In this document: in pieces, positions 26,393 through 36,016 of the stretch
Layout of the letters: each line of letters starts with the position of its first letter
Numbering within the stretch: the first letter of the stretch is position 1
Virus record (IMG/VR): IMGVR_UViG_3300029226_000089
Location: 1-38,018 of that record
Direction: 5' to 3' (one strand)
Source of the DNA: a virus
Lineage: Duplodnaviria; Caudoviricetes
DNA length: 38,018 bases
The notes under the pieces: generated by a model
Told to the model about the DNA's origin: nothing
The model's input: only the letters and a program-made list of their open reading frames with translations
The model's database searches: none
Program-made: the position numbers and the translations under genes

Positions 26393-27682
26393 ATGACGAA
26401 TAAAACCAATGCCGCTTATGGTGATAAAACAAATATGGTGACACAGGCCGTTGGCTTGTTCGCTACTCATATGCAACGTAACAGTACTCTTAATCTTTTA
26501 GCAGGGAAAATGCCAAAGGGTGAAGCTGGTGCTGATGCAACTTTGCGTAAACAAACAACACAGCATATGCCAATTGTACGTGTACAAGATTTAGGTAAAG
26601 GCCGTGGGGACGAGGTAACGTTCCATTTACTTAATCCTGTTGGTGCATATCCAATCATGGGTAGTGCTCATGCCGAAGGTCGTGGTGTGGGAATGTCCTT
26701 GAATGAAGATCGCTTACGTGTAAACCAAGCACGTTTTCCAGTGGACTTGGGTAATGTGATGTCACAAATCCGTAGTCCAGCAGATTTACGTAAACTGGGT
26801 CGTCCAGTCGCTCAAAGCTTGATGGATCGTTATTGCGATCAATCCACTTTAGTTCATATGGCTGGTGCACGTGGTTTCCATGACAATATTGAATGGGCTA
26901 TTCCAACGGATAACCATCCTGAATTTAAAGAAATCATGGTGAACCGTGTAAAAGCTCCAACGAAAAACCGTCATTTCCTTGTAGATGGTTCAGGCGTACA
27001 GCTATTCAAACAAACGGCAGATGAAGTTCAAATTGAAACTGGTGATCTATTTACGATGGATGCTGTGGATTCAATGAAATCTGTTTTAGATACGATTGCT
27101 TTACCACCACCGATTTGTAAATTTGAAGGCGATTCAAATGCTGACGATTCACCAATTCGAGTGTGGTTAGTTTCACCAGATCAATACAACAAATTTGCTT
27201 CACAACCTGGTTTCCGTTCATTCCAAGCAGCAGCTTGGGCACGTGCAAGCCAAGCTAAACAACACCCATTGTTTACTGGCGATGTAGGTATCTGGAATAA
27301 CTTTATTATTCGCAAAATGCCGCGTCCTATTCGCTTCTATGCAGGTGACACAATTAAATATTGTGCTGCGTATGATTCAGAAGTTGAGTCTAGCGCAATT
27401 GTTCCAGCAAGCTTTGGCGATAAATTTGCAGTAGATCGTTCAATCATCTTAGGTGGACAAGCATTAGCGGAAGCAATGGCTTCATCTGAGCATTCAGGCG
27501 CACCATTCTTCTGGTCTGAAAAAGAGCTGGATCATGGCGATAAGTGGGAACTACTTATTGGTGCAGTTCGTGGTGTATCTAAAATCCGCTTTGATGTGAA
27601 CACAGGTGAGCGTCAAGAATTCACAGACTATGGTGTAACCGTAGTTGATACAGCCGTTCCGATCTTTGGTCGTGGCTTGTAA
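26393..27682 (+). CDS. Major capsid protein, N4-gp56/DUF4043 family
   Basis: DL.KG.GD.VTF.L, EGRG, MSQ.R...DLR, HPLF.G..G.W, DYGV motifs; GGAG RBS. Confidence 0.9.
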   Translation: MTNKTNAAYGDKTNMVTQAVGLFATHMQRNSTLNLLAGKMPKGEAGADATLRKQTTQHMPIVRVQDLGKGRGDEVTFHLLNPVGAYPIMGSAHAEGRGVGMSLNEDRLRVNQARFPVDLGNVMSQIRSPADLRKLGRPVAQSLMDRYCDQSTLVHMAGARGFHDNIEWAIPTDNHPEFKEIMVNRVKAPTKNRHFLVDGSGVQLFKQTADEVQIETGDLFTMDAVDSMKSVLDTIALPPPICKFEGDSNADDSPIRVWLVSPDQYNKFASQPGFRSFQAAAWARASQAKQHPLFTGDVGIWNNFIIRKMPRPIRFYAGDTIKYCAAYDSEVESSAIVPASFGDKFAVDRSIILGGQALAEAMASSEHSGAPFFWSEKELDHGDKWELLIGAVRGVSKIRFDVNTGERQEFTDYGVTVVDTAVPIFGRGL

Positions 27683-27689
27683 GTGTAAA

Positions 27690-27719
27690 CAGGGTATGTC
27701 CAGTCAGGGCATACCTTTT
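27690..27719 (+). terminator. Hairpin/terminator after capsid gene
   Basis: GGGTATGTCC-agtca-GGGCATACCT plus T-run. Confidence 0.65.
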
Positions 27720-27747
27720 AATATTTGGTTTATTGGAGTTTGCAGTT

Positions 27748-28221
27748 ATGGCAACGATTAAGCGCAAGACAGCACGTACTCGCCAATTTGGTGGGTTTAG
27801 TCCATTTGGTAATGCTACCAGTTTGGTTTATTCACTTTTAACAAATTCTACAGGTGCAGTAATTGATTCCGATTCTACTGCTGCAATCGCTGTAGGAGAT
27901 GTAATTGATTTAGGTGAGTTACCCGAAGGCATGCAACTTGAAGATGCTCAAGTCATTATTTCAACGGGTATGACAGAAGCAATTAAAGGTAATTTAGGAT
28001 TTAAATACACTGGTACTGATTCAGCTGATGTACCTCAAGATGCATTTTATTTCCTAAAAGATGGTGACTTAGCAACAGTAGGTCGTGTTCGTGCAAATGG
28101 TTCAAAGTTAGTCACATTACCAAAGCCAGCACGATTAATTCTAACTGTATCGGGTGCAGCAAATGCAAAAGCATCTGAAATTCAGATCATTGTAACGGGC
28201 GAATTGAAAGGTCCCCGTTAA
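27748..28221 (+). CDS. Virion protein (possible capsid decoration)
   Basis: Beta-rich 157 aa directly after MCP; GGAG RBS. Confidence 0.6.
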   Translation: MATIKRKTARTRQFGGFSPFGNATSLVYSLLTNSTGAVIDSDSTAAIAVGDVIDLGELPEGMQLEDAQVIISTGMTEAIKGNLGFKYTGTDSADVPQDAFYFLKDGDLATVGRVRANGSKLVTLPKPARLILTVSGAANAKASEIQIIVTGELKGPR

Positions 28222-28243
28222 TTTCAATCTGAGTTAAACCTTT

Positions 28244-28279
28244 GGCGGTGTGAGTGGTTTGACTTACATCGCCTTTTTT
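28244..28279 (+). terminator. Intrinsic terminator
   Basis: GGCGGTGTGAGT...ACTTACATCGCC plus T6. Confidence 0.7.
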
Positions 28280-28303
28280 CAAGATATATAAAAGGAAAAT
28301 GAG

Positions 28304-29185
28304 ATGAAAAATTTAGCAATTGCAATGATTTGTCATTCTATTAATGCTGCATATTGCCAGTCGTTAGGTGATGATAGCCAAGTCGCATGGGATGATACAC
28401 CTGAAACTCATAAGCGAAGTTTGATTGCTGGTGTGGAAATGCATTTAGCTAATCCACAAGCTACACCCGAACAATCACATGAAAGTTGGTATCAGCAAAA
28501 AGAAGCGGAAGGCTGGACCTATGGTGAGTTTAAGGATTTAGAGAAAAAGGAACATCCTTGTTTCTTACCCTATGAAGAATTGCCTCTTGAACAAAAGGCA
28601 AAAGATTATTTATTCCGTTCAACCGTTCATTTAATGAAAGATCTTCCTGATGTAGAAGAATATTTAGCATTGACAGATGAAGTTAAAAATTTACGTGAAA
28701 AAGTTCAAAAGACTGCAGTTATTTCACCTGTAGCCATACCAACAGCAACACCATTGGGTGCAAGTGGTATTGCAATTCAATATGTAGGACGTAAAGACCA
28801 ACATATAGATCGCCTTTACGGCTCTAATTTAGTTTTTGCACACGGCCAAGTTCGTATTGTGCCTAGTAATATTGCAAGTAGTTTGTTGAAGCATCCAGAA
28901 TTTCAACGTTATGAACAACAAGATTTAAATGCTACGGAATCTGATACTCAACAATCAGATGATACATCGTTGATTTTAGAAGAGTCCAAAAAGAAACAGG
29001 AAAAGGATGATGAAAACGAAGCATTGATCATGGATGAAATTGATACAGTTCAACGAATTACAGATAAAAAGAGTTTGGTTGAATACGCTAAGCATAAATA
29101 TGATCAAGATTTAAAAATGAGTAGTAGTGTCAACACATTACAGAATCAGGTTGTTGATTTAATTAAACGTTTTGGGGTGGTGTAA
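28304..29185 (+). CDS. RyR-domain-containing phage protein
   Basis: HESW...K..EGW.YG..KD...K.HPC..PY.ELP..QK.KD matches the RyR repeat signature. Confidence 0.8.
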   Translation: MKNLAIAMICHSINAAYCQSLGDDSQVAWDDTPETHKRSLIAGVEMHLANPQATPEQSHESWYQQKEAEGWTYGEFKDLEKKEHPCFLPYEELPLEQKAKDYLFRSTVHLMKDLPDVEEYLALTDEVKNLREKVQKTAVISPVAIPTATPLGASGIAIQYVGRKDQHIDRLYGSNLVFAHGQVRIVPSNIASSLLKHPEFQRYEQQDLNATESDTQQSDDTSLILEESKKKQEKDDENEALIMDEIDTVQRITDKKSLVEYAKHKYDQDLKMSSSVNTLQNQVVDLIKRFGVV

Positions 29186-29859
29186 TGCAACTCAGCCAAT
29201 TGATTCAACGCTTTCGTACTTTAGCAAATGACAAGGTCGGGCCTTATTTCAATGATGATGTAAGCGTTATTGATTGGCTTAATGATGCTGTGAATGAAGC
29301 ATGCATCCGTGGCCGTTTGTTGCATGAAAGTCAAAACAGAGATGTATGTACCATTGCTGTAAGTCCTTTTACTTCCGAATATCCAATACATGAATCATTA
29401 TATGAATTAAGTAGAGTGTGGTTTGAACCAGCAAATGGCACTTATGGTTCATACTTAGCTTTAATGTCGGCTGAAAATTTAGATCAGCGATATAAATGTG
29501 ATAATTGGAAGCGGATGAAAGGCTCACCACAATTTGTTATTCAAGATGATACAAAGCTTCGACTCGTACCTATTCCAAATATTGAAGGTGAATTACAGTT
29601 AGAAGGGTATCGTGTGCCATTGATAGCGATGGAAAATGATACGGATAAGCCAGAGATCAATCAAATTCATCATGTTCAGTTAATTCACTGGGCTTTACAC
29701 AAAGCTTATAGTGTTCCAGATTCAGAATTTTTCGATCCTAATCGTTCAGCTTTAGCAGAACAAGCATTTACTGAATACTTTGGTCCACGGCCAGATAGCG
29801 ATTTAAGACGAATGACGAGAGAAGATACGCCACATTTGGTTCAACCCTTTTTTCCATAA
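29185..29859 (+). CDS. Head-tail adaptor-like protein
   Basis: FR..A.D...PY......I.WLN.A..EA, L.P.P, H..L..WAL..AY pattern of podovirus adaptors. Confidence 0.7.
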   Translation: MQLSQLIQRFRTLANDKVGPYFNDDVSVIDWLNDAVNEACIRGRLLHESQNRDVCTIAVSPFTSEYPIHESLYELSRVWFEPANGTYGSYLALMSAENLDQRYKCDNWKRMKGSPQFVIQDDTKLRLVPIPNIEGELQLEGYRVPLIAMENDTDKPEINQIHHVQLIHWALHKAYSVPDSEFFDPNRSALAEQAFTEYFGPRPDSDLRRMTREDTPHLVQPFFP

Positions 29860-29876
29860 CATTTTGGCGTAAACAT

Positions 29877-29920
29877 AAACCCCTGTAAGGCTCATAGCTT
29901 TCAGGGGTTTTCTACATAAT
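29877..29920 (+). promoter_or_regulatory. Terminator-like hairpin overlapping putative late promoter 3
   Basis: AAACCCCTG...CAGGGGTTT stem whose left arm is CCCCTGTAAGG; CATAAT 24 nt downstream. Confidence 0.5.
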
Positions 29921-29948
29921 GAATTATATTTTTTTGAATATGCACAAG

Positions 29949-30146
29949 ATGGGCAAACGAACTATTGATTTAAAGACAGAAGACACGCTCTATATAGGCG
30001 ATGCCAAGGTTCAATTGATCAAAAAATCTGGGCAGCTGGCGCGTCTTTGTGTTGAAGCGGATAACCACATTGAAATTACACATAAGCGCATGAGTGCTTC
30101 CGATTTAGATACGGAGAATCAAGCACATGGCAAACACACTCTATGA
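29949..30146 (+). CDS. Small beta-rich protein, CsrA-like pattern
   Basis: T..LK.EDTL.IGD..V.L....G..ARL.VEA...I.I.H; start uncertain (29919, 29940 or 29949). Confidence 0.5.
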   Translation: MGKRTIDLKTEDTLYIGDAKVQLIKKSGQLARLCVEADNHIEITHKRMSASDLDTENQAHGKHTL

Positions 30147-30534
30147 CAAAGGCCGTCAGCGTTTTTTGGAAGGTCAATTTAACTGGCTAACTGAAACTAT
30201 CAAAGTTTATTTAGTCAGCACAAGCGCTTATACAGTGAATGCGTCAACACATGAATTTATTTCAGACATTTCTAGTTCAGCTCGAATTGCTGGACCTGTC
30301 ACTTTAACAGCCAAATCTACGGCTGGCGGTGCAGCTGATGCTGGGGATGCAACGTTTACAGCTGTCTCAGGTGGTGCGATTGGTGCAATTGTAATTTATG
30401 CAGATACAGGTACAGAAGCTACAAGCCCCTTGATTGCATATCTTGATACCGCAACAGGTCTACCTATTACACCGAATGGCGGTGACATCATCGTGACTTG
30501 GGACAATGGCGCAAACAAAATTTTCAAACTTTAA
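30127..30534 (+). CDS. Conserved virion/tail protein
   Basis: MAN.LYD.GR..FL.G...W....IK..LV...GLP.TPNGGDI.V.W pattern; GGAG RBS. Confidence 0.7.
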   Translation: MANTLYDKGRQRFLEGQFNWLTETIKVYLVSTSAYTVNASTHEFISDISSSARIAGPVTLTAKSTAGGAADAGDATFTAVSGGAIGAIVIYADTGTEATSPLIAYLDTATGLPITPNGGDIIVTWDNGANKIFKL

Positions 30535-30549
30535 GAGTGAGTGTTTCGC

Positions 30550-30864
30550 ATGAGTGAATCCATTAAACCTGAACCAATCATTATTCAAATGTCAGGTGTA
30601 GAACCTGAACGAGTGATGAATGGTGCATTAAACCTTATACATGATTGGGGAAGGCTTTTAGGTCTACCTCCATTTCAGATGTATTGCTCTGAAATCAGCG
30701 ACAATGACATTTTGTATGTGGAAAATTGGATTGAAGATTTGGTATTGGCAAAACTCAATGAGATTGGTGAAGATATTTTCTTTAAGCAGTACTGTGAATG
30801 GCACAAAAATAAAGGCTATTGGAAAAATGAAGATGTCTTTGGAGGGCTGATTTCAGTTGATTGA
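30550..30864 (+). CDS. Hypothetical phage protein
   Basis: Tightly packed ORF in the tail operon. Confidence 0.65.
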   Translation: MSESIKPEPIIIQMSGVEPERVMNGALNLIHDWGRLLGLPPFQMYCSEISDNDILYVENWIEDLVLAKLNEIGEDIFFKQYCEWHKNKGYWKNEDVFGGLISVD

Positions 30865-30866
30865 TT

Positions 30867-31724
30867 ATGGAGTTATTAAAAACAGGTTTTTGTGATCCGA
30901 ATAATCTCAGCCAAGCCTACGTACTCTATGATATGTCTATAACCTTTGCAGACATTACGCAAATGGTGGATTACATTAAAGCTAAGGGAGAGACAGTCTC
31001 GACTTCAACAACTAATAATGTTGGTGATAATTACATTTATTTTAATGCACCTGGTAATCCTGTCCCATTTTGGGGAAATTTCAATAGTTTTTTTGGAGTC
31101 AGTGGCGATGGTGGTGCGCTACTCTCACAAACTGCTTTTAGTGGCGCTATATATTCAATGCAAGTGCCTACAGGTGAATTCCTTTTAAACGGATACTCTC
31201 GGCTAAACTTAAATAACTCAGCAGCGCTTTATTTTCATCTCAATCCATCCACTGCCGACGTTACAGGTACGTATAATTGCATTCGTTATGCAAATGGTTG
31301 TTATATTAACTTTCATTCAAACAGTGCCAATTCTGAAATGCATTGTTTTTTAGAAAATACAGGTGATCTTTATTTTGGATTTACCGTCGACAATAGACCA
31401 ATCGGATTTATCCCACCAAACGGCACAGCATATAACCACATTGCAACACTAAAAAACTTAAAGCTTTATTGTATACGTTCAAGTGCTTTAACCATGAATG
31501 GTAAAGTTTTAGATGCTTCTGGGCAACCAGCATCGAATTGTAAGGTTTATATTTACAACAGATCAACTGGAAACAAAGTTGGTCAAGCAATTTCTAAAGC
31601 GGATGGAACGTATAAATCATTATGCGCAGCTAAAACAGGTGAAATTTTATTTGCTGTATGTCTCGATGATGACGTCCTCCCTGATTTTGAAGGTATCGTA
31701 ATAGACAGAATTAATGTGAGTTGA
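30867..31724 (+). CDS. Tail-associated protein with C-terminal transthyretin/carboxypeptidase-regulatory-like domain
   Basis: G.V.D..G.P....V.IY.RSTG..V....S..DG.Y at the C-terminus; N/F/Y-rich N-terminal part. Confidence 0.6.
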   Translation: MELLKTGFCDPNNLSQAYVLYDMSITFADITQMVDYIKAKGETVSTSTTNNVGDNYIYFNAPGNPVPFWGNFNSFFGVSGDGGALLSQTAFSGAIYSMQVPTGEFLLNGYSRLNLNNSAALYFHLNPSTADVTGTYNCIRYANGCYINFHSNSANSEMHCFLENTGDLYFGFTVDNRPIGFIPPNGTAYNHIATLKNLKLYCIRSSALTMNGKVLDASGQPASNCKVYIYNRSTGNKVGQAISKADGTYKSLCAAKTGEILFAVCLDDDVLPDFEGIVIDRINVS

Positions 31725-31728
31725 TTCT

Positions 31729-34700
31729 ATGGCTATGGAAATAGATTTTAGATTTAAGAAAAAAACGGCAGGGGTCAAGAAAGATCAACCTGTTGACTTC
31801 AATACTCAATATGAATCTATTGTTCCTCAGATCAACGTCATTCAACCTAAATCAATACTTCCTCCATATGAGCGAAGTATATTTAGTTACCATGCAGTTA
31901 AAGCAAACGCATTTACCATTAGATCAGTTGAAGTCAATTTAAACTTTAAAAAGAATAAAGACGCGTATTTTACTTTACCTCAAGATCAAATTAATTTTAA
32001 GTTTGGTACAGACAAACCGCCTGAAGATATCGTGATATATGCTGGAGGCATCCCACCTCTTGATTTATCTAGCAACCATAAAGTATTTAATTACAACAGT
32101 TATATTAAAGCCAATGGATTAATTGCCGCTAATTTTGGTATTGCTTCTCTAATTCTTTATCGCAAGTATATTCAAGCTTTAGGATTTAACTCACAACAGA
32201 TAGGTTCTTTAGGAATCTATAATAAAAATAAGTTTGTAAAGCCAAATGGATTGAATACACAGGTATTCGGTCAATTTACAGTTCAAAATCTCAAAAGGTT
32301 TTTAATACCAATAGGTTTAAATGCTGGCTTATTTGGTAGCCAAAAGATACAAAGCCTACGCTCATACATTAATTTAACTGGTACTAACTTCGTTAAATTT
32401 GGTGGAGCGCGTATAAGTCACAAAGAGCAATTTGTGACAAAGGCAGGGGCAATTGATTCATTTCAATCAGGCACGCATTTAGTTGCATTCTCTTTACGCT
32501 ACGTGGAAATGAAAAGTAATGATATGCAACGGTTTGGTATTGCATGGGCTTCATTTTCACCAAGATATATTGAGCCACGCGGAATCTATGAACAATATCC
32601 TTCAAATCATTTAGTCAGCCCTAAGATTACAATTTATCCTGAAGGTTTGAATGCAACACTGTTTGGCACAAGAATAATTCCAGAAATCCAAAGTATTTAT
32701 TGCCAAGGATTGGATACAATCTATGGTTTGGCTGGGGTTAAAAACTATAATCAATATATAAACCCTAAGGGATTTTTAGGCTTTGGAGAAATAGTAGAGC
32801 AGCAATGGGGCCGTTCTAAAATTTGGAATAGAACACAGTTCATTATCCAAGAACATGCATCAGATGATGGTCTAAATCCTCCAATGCCATCAAAATTGGC
32901 AACAGTATTGAATCGCAATCGAACATTGCAAATGTTTGGGTTATTACATCAGCGTTTCGGTTATCAGCAAGTAGAAAATGGTGCAAGAGCCTTGCTTCCA
33001 TCAGGCATTCAATCATCCATTGAAAGTGAAAAGACCAATTCATTTATAGCCTTTAGGATTAGAAAACTTCCTTTACCTTCTATAGATCCTATAGCCATAT
33101 CATCATGGACTAATGTACGTTTAGGTGCGAAATTATTAAAACCATCAGGAATATTAGCATCAAGATTTGGCACAGCAAGTGTTGAAAATACGCGACGTAA
33201 TTTCAGATTTATTGGTTTAGGTGTTCAATCAATCTATGGCAATACAATGGTAAGTGAAGCCATTCGTACATTGAGTTTTGAGCAGCGGTTTACGATAGCA
33301 CCGCCTATAATTTCGTTGCCCAAAGTGAAATATGGCCGTCGATTTATTGAGTTTTTTGCTACTGATCCAATGTCCAAATATGGTCGTGCTGAGGTTGTAA
33401 GCAGATTTAATAAAATTTATCCAAAATATGAGTATAAAAATTTAGTCGGTGAACCTATTGTCAGAAATCTAACCCCTGAATTACGTCATAGAGGTTTAGA
33501 CTTATCCGAATTTGGTAATGCTTATATAGGTCTGTATAAACGTCATATCCTATTTGAAGGTTTTAATTCATTGTTATTGGGTGGTCATACCATCGCAGAT
33601 AGAAAGCAGTATATAAACGCTTCAGGCATTGCAAATCCTGAAATTACTAAATTCCATAAGTTAGAAAAAATTGGTGCTGGGAAATATATTACTCAAATTG
33701 TAGATTTGAATAATTATGGAATAGAGACAGAAAATTTTGAAACTGATCCTAAGAAATGGCCTGTCATTCATCAAAATGTTATTCGGCCAGACTCTACCAA
33801 AGAAATGACCATATTTGGTACAGCCGATGTACACGCAAACTCAATAAGAGTAGAGCCGGGTTATTGGGAGAGATTGTTTGGAGTAGCAATCCTTACACAT
33901 AAAAATCGAAGCATTAACGTTGCTGCATGGACTGAAAAATTAGATTTAGGCAAACCAAGTATTTCACCACATACAATTTATGCGGTTGTTGAAGCACCTG
34001 AACAAGCAAAAATAAATCATCCACCACAACGATTGCATTATGTAGATGGATTGGACAGGGAACCAGGTGCAATTTTTGGGAATCCTGAAATCTCCCATTT
34101 TCATAGAAAAATAAATGTTGCTGGAAAGGATCTATCTTTATTTGGTAATTCAGAACTACGCCAAACCTTGTTCGAAATTAAACCAAAAGGATTTAATAGC
34201 CTTAAATTCGGAATCATTGCACCAATTGGTAACCAAACCATTAGTTTTAGACGTGCGTTGGATATGAGTAGCTTTGGTTCTTTTTCGATACAGCATTTAG
34301 AACCTTTTAATAAAACGATTAAACCACTTGGATTAAACTCTTTATTGTTTAGTAAGAATGAAATTCAACTATTTCACCGTAATGTAAGAATGGCTGGTTT
34401 AAGTTCACTTTCAATGGGAACGCTGAAACAAGATGATAAGCCTTATATGTGGCAGGGCTTGCGAATTGGACCTCATATTCCAACCAACATTGGAGGAGGG
34501 GAGCAATCGACTTATGGCAAAGCTTGGATTTCAAATCGAGTTAGAGAGGTCGTACCTGTAGGTTTAGATTATGCATTAGTCAATGTTTATGATTATGGAA
34601 ACTTTGATCAACGTATGCGTGTAACGCTCAGAAAAGATGAACAAATCATACCAGCACAAGTAATTCATATGAGTGGTTTGGATGGTTTGAAAATCTCTGC

Positions 34701-34776
34701 CTCAGACATTAAAAATCGTGTCCATTTCATACGGCCAGATGGTAATTCTGAACAATATCGCAAAGGGGCATTTTAA
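31729..34776 (+). CDS. Large virion/tail protein with internal I.P.G......FG...V repeats
   Basis: 1015 aa with many ~22-aa degenerate repeats. Confidence 0.7.
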   Translation: MAMEIDFRFKKKTAGVKKDQPVDFNTQYESIVPQINVIQPKSILPPYERSIFSYHAVKANAFTIRSVEVNLNFKKNKDAYFTLPQDQINFKFGTDKPPEDIVIYAGGIPPLDLSSNHKVFNYNSYIKANGLIAANFGIASLILYRKYIQALGFNSQQIGSLGIYNKNKFVKPNGLNTQVFGQFTVQNLKRFLIPIGLNAGLFGSQKIQSLRSYINLTGTNFVKFGGARISHKEQFVTKAGAIDSFQSGTHLVAFSLRYVEMKSNDMQRFGIAWASFSPRYIEPRGIYEQYPSNHLVSPKITIYPEGLNATLFGTRIIPEIQSIYCQGLDTIYGLAGVKNYNQYINPKGFLGFGEIVEQQWGRSKIWNRTQFIIQEHASDDGLNPPMPSKLATVLNRNRTLQMFGLLHQRFGYQQVENGARALLPSGIQSSIESEKTNSFIAFRIRKLPLPSIDPIAISSWTNVRLGAKLLKPSGILASRFGTASVENTRRNFRFIGLGVQSIYGNTMVSEAIRTLSFEQRFTIAPPIISLPKVKYGRRFIEFFATDPMSKYGRAEVVSRFNKIYPKYEYKNLVGEPIVRNLTPELRHRGLDLSEFGNAYIGLYKRHILFEGFNSLLLGGHTIADRKQYINASGIANPEITKFHKLEKIGAGKYITQIVDLNNYGIETENFETDPKKWPVIHQNVIRPDSTKEMTIFGTADVHANSIRVEPGYWERLFGVAILTHKNRSINVAAWTEKLDLGKPSISPHTIYAVVEAPEQAKINHPPQRLHYVDGLDREPGAIFGNPEISHFHRKINVAGKDLSLFGNSELRQTLFEIKPKGFNSLKFGIIAPIGNQTISFRRALDMSSFGSFSIQHLEPFNKTIKPLGLNSLLFSKNEIQLFHRNVRMAGLSSLSMGTLKQDDKPYMWQGLRIGPHIPTNIGGGEQSTYGKAWISNRVREVVPVGLDYALVNVYDYGNFDQRMRVTLRKDEQIIPAQVIHMSGLDGLKISASDIKNRVHFIRPDGNSEQYRKGAF

Positions 34777-35987
34777 TGAAATTACTTCCAATAGCTGGAA
34801 TTAACAATGTGGCAAATGATGATGCTTTACAAATTGGTGGAGATAATCCACGACTGTTTGTGAAGGATGCAATCAACGTTGATATTTCAGAAACAGGCCG
34901 TATAAGTTTAAGAAAATCTGAATCTCTAATTACAAACAAAAACTATAGGAATATATGGCAAAGCCCATTACATAGAGATGTATTTGCGACATTAGATCGG
35001 CAGCTGGTGAAGATAAATACTTTAGATTGGTCGCATGATGTATTACTCGATCAATTAAATCCTGAATATATTTGCTATGAAGTTTTGAATAATCTGATTT
35101 TCATATCTACAATTAGTGGCATATTTGTTTATAACGGTTTTCAACTTGAGCCTTTAACTCTAGATAACCCAGCCAGCCCATTACTAGAAAGTCGAATTCA
35201 AGGTGGAACATTAGGGACCGGCGATTATGTAGTGGCGATTTCATACTCTCGTAATGGTAAAGAATCGGGATTATCGGAACATGTACAAAGCCATATTGAT
35301 ATTTTAGGAAAAGGGGGCGTGCTACAAGGAAGCCTTGTTATACAGTTACCCTATTGTCTTGATGCTTCAATTTCTGAGGTGAATATCTATTGTTCAGCTC
35401 GTAATGGTTCAGAATTACGTAAATATGGTTCATATCCGATCAGCACCTCACAAGTCATCATTGATCGAGATGATTATTTAGGTCGCGCCAACCAGTTCAA
35501 CACTATGTCAGCCATGCCAAGTGGCAAATTTATGAAGTATTGGCAGGGTCGATTACTGACTGCCGATAAAAATATTTTAAGATTCTCTCAGGCAATGGCA
35601 TATCACTTACATGATGAACGCCATGATTTTATTATGTTACCTCAGCGTATCAGTTTTATTCTGCCAGTCGATGGGGGAATATGGGTAGGACAAGTTGATC
35701 ATGTCGTTTTTCTCAGTGGTGCTGAACCTTCAGAAATGACATTTGTAAAAAAAACAGCTCATTCACCTATACCTTATTCTGCTGTAGAAGTGGATAGTGA
35801 TTTAATTGGTGCTGATATATCCCAAGGTGGGGGAAAGACAGCCCTTTGGTTGTCTGAAAATGGCTATGTTATTGGCACAAGTACAGGTCAAATTATTGAA
35901 TTGCATTCTTCTGTGCTCAATGGAATCACTGCAAAATCTGGTAGGTCTGTAAGTCTAGGGAGAAGGCTAATAACTCTTGTAAGTTAA
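34776..35987 (+). CDS. Virion tail protein (nozzle/stabilization-like)
   Basis: GINN...DA.NVD....G....R N-terminus, beta-rich; position in the tail operon. Confidence 0.6.
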   Translation: MKLLPIAGINNVANDDALQIGGDNPRLFVKDAINVDISETGRISLRKSESLITNKNYRNIWQSPLHRDVFATLDRQLVKINTLDWSHDVLLDQLNPEYICYEVLNNLIFISTISGIFVYNGFQLEPLTLDNPASPLLESRIQGGTLGTGDYVVAISYSRNGKESGLSEHVQSHIDILGKGGVLQGSLVIQLPYCLDASISEVNIYCSARNGSELRKYGSYPISTSQVIIDRDDYLGRANQFNTMSAMPSGKFMKYWQGRLLTADKNILRFSQAMAYHLHDERHDFIMLPQRISFILPVDGGIWVGQVDHVVFLSGAEPSEMTFVKKTAHSPIPYSAVEVDSDLIGADISQGGGKTALWLSENGYVIGTSTGQIIELHSSVLNGITAKSGRSVSLGRRLITLVS

Positions 35988-36016
35988 AAGAAATTAAACT
36001 TTCAACGAGTTCAATC

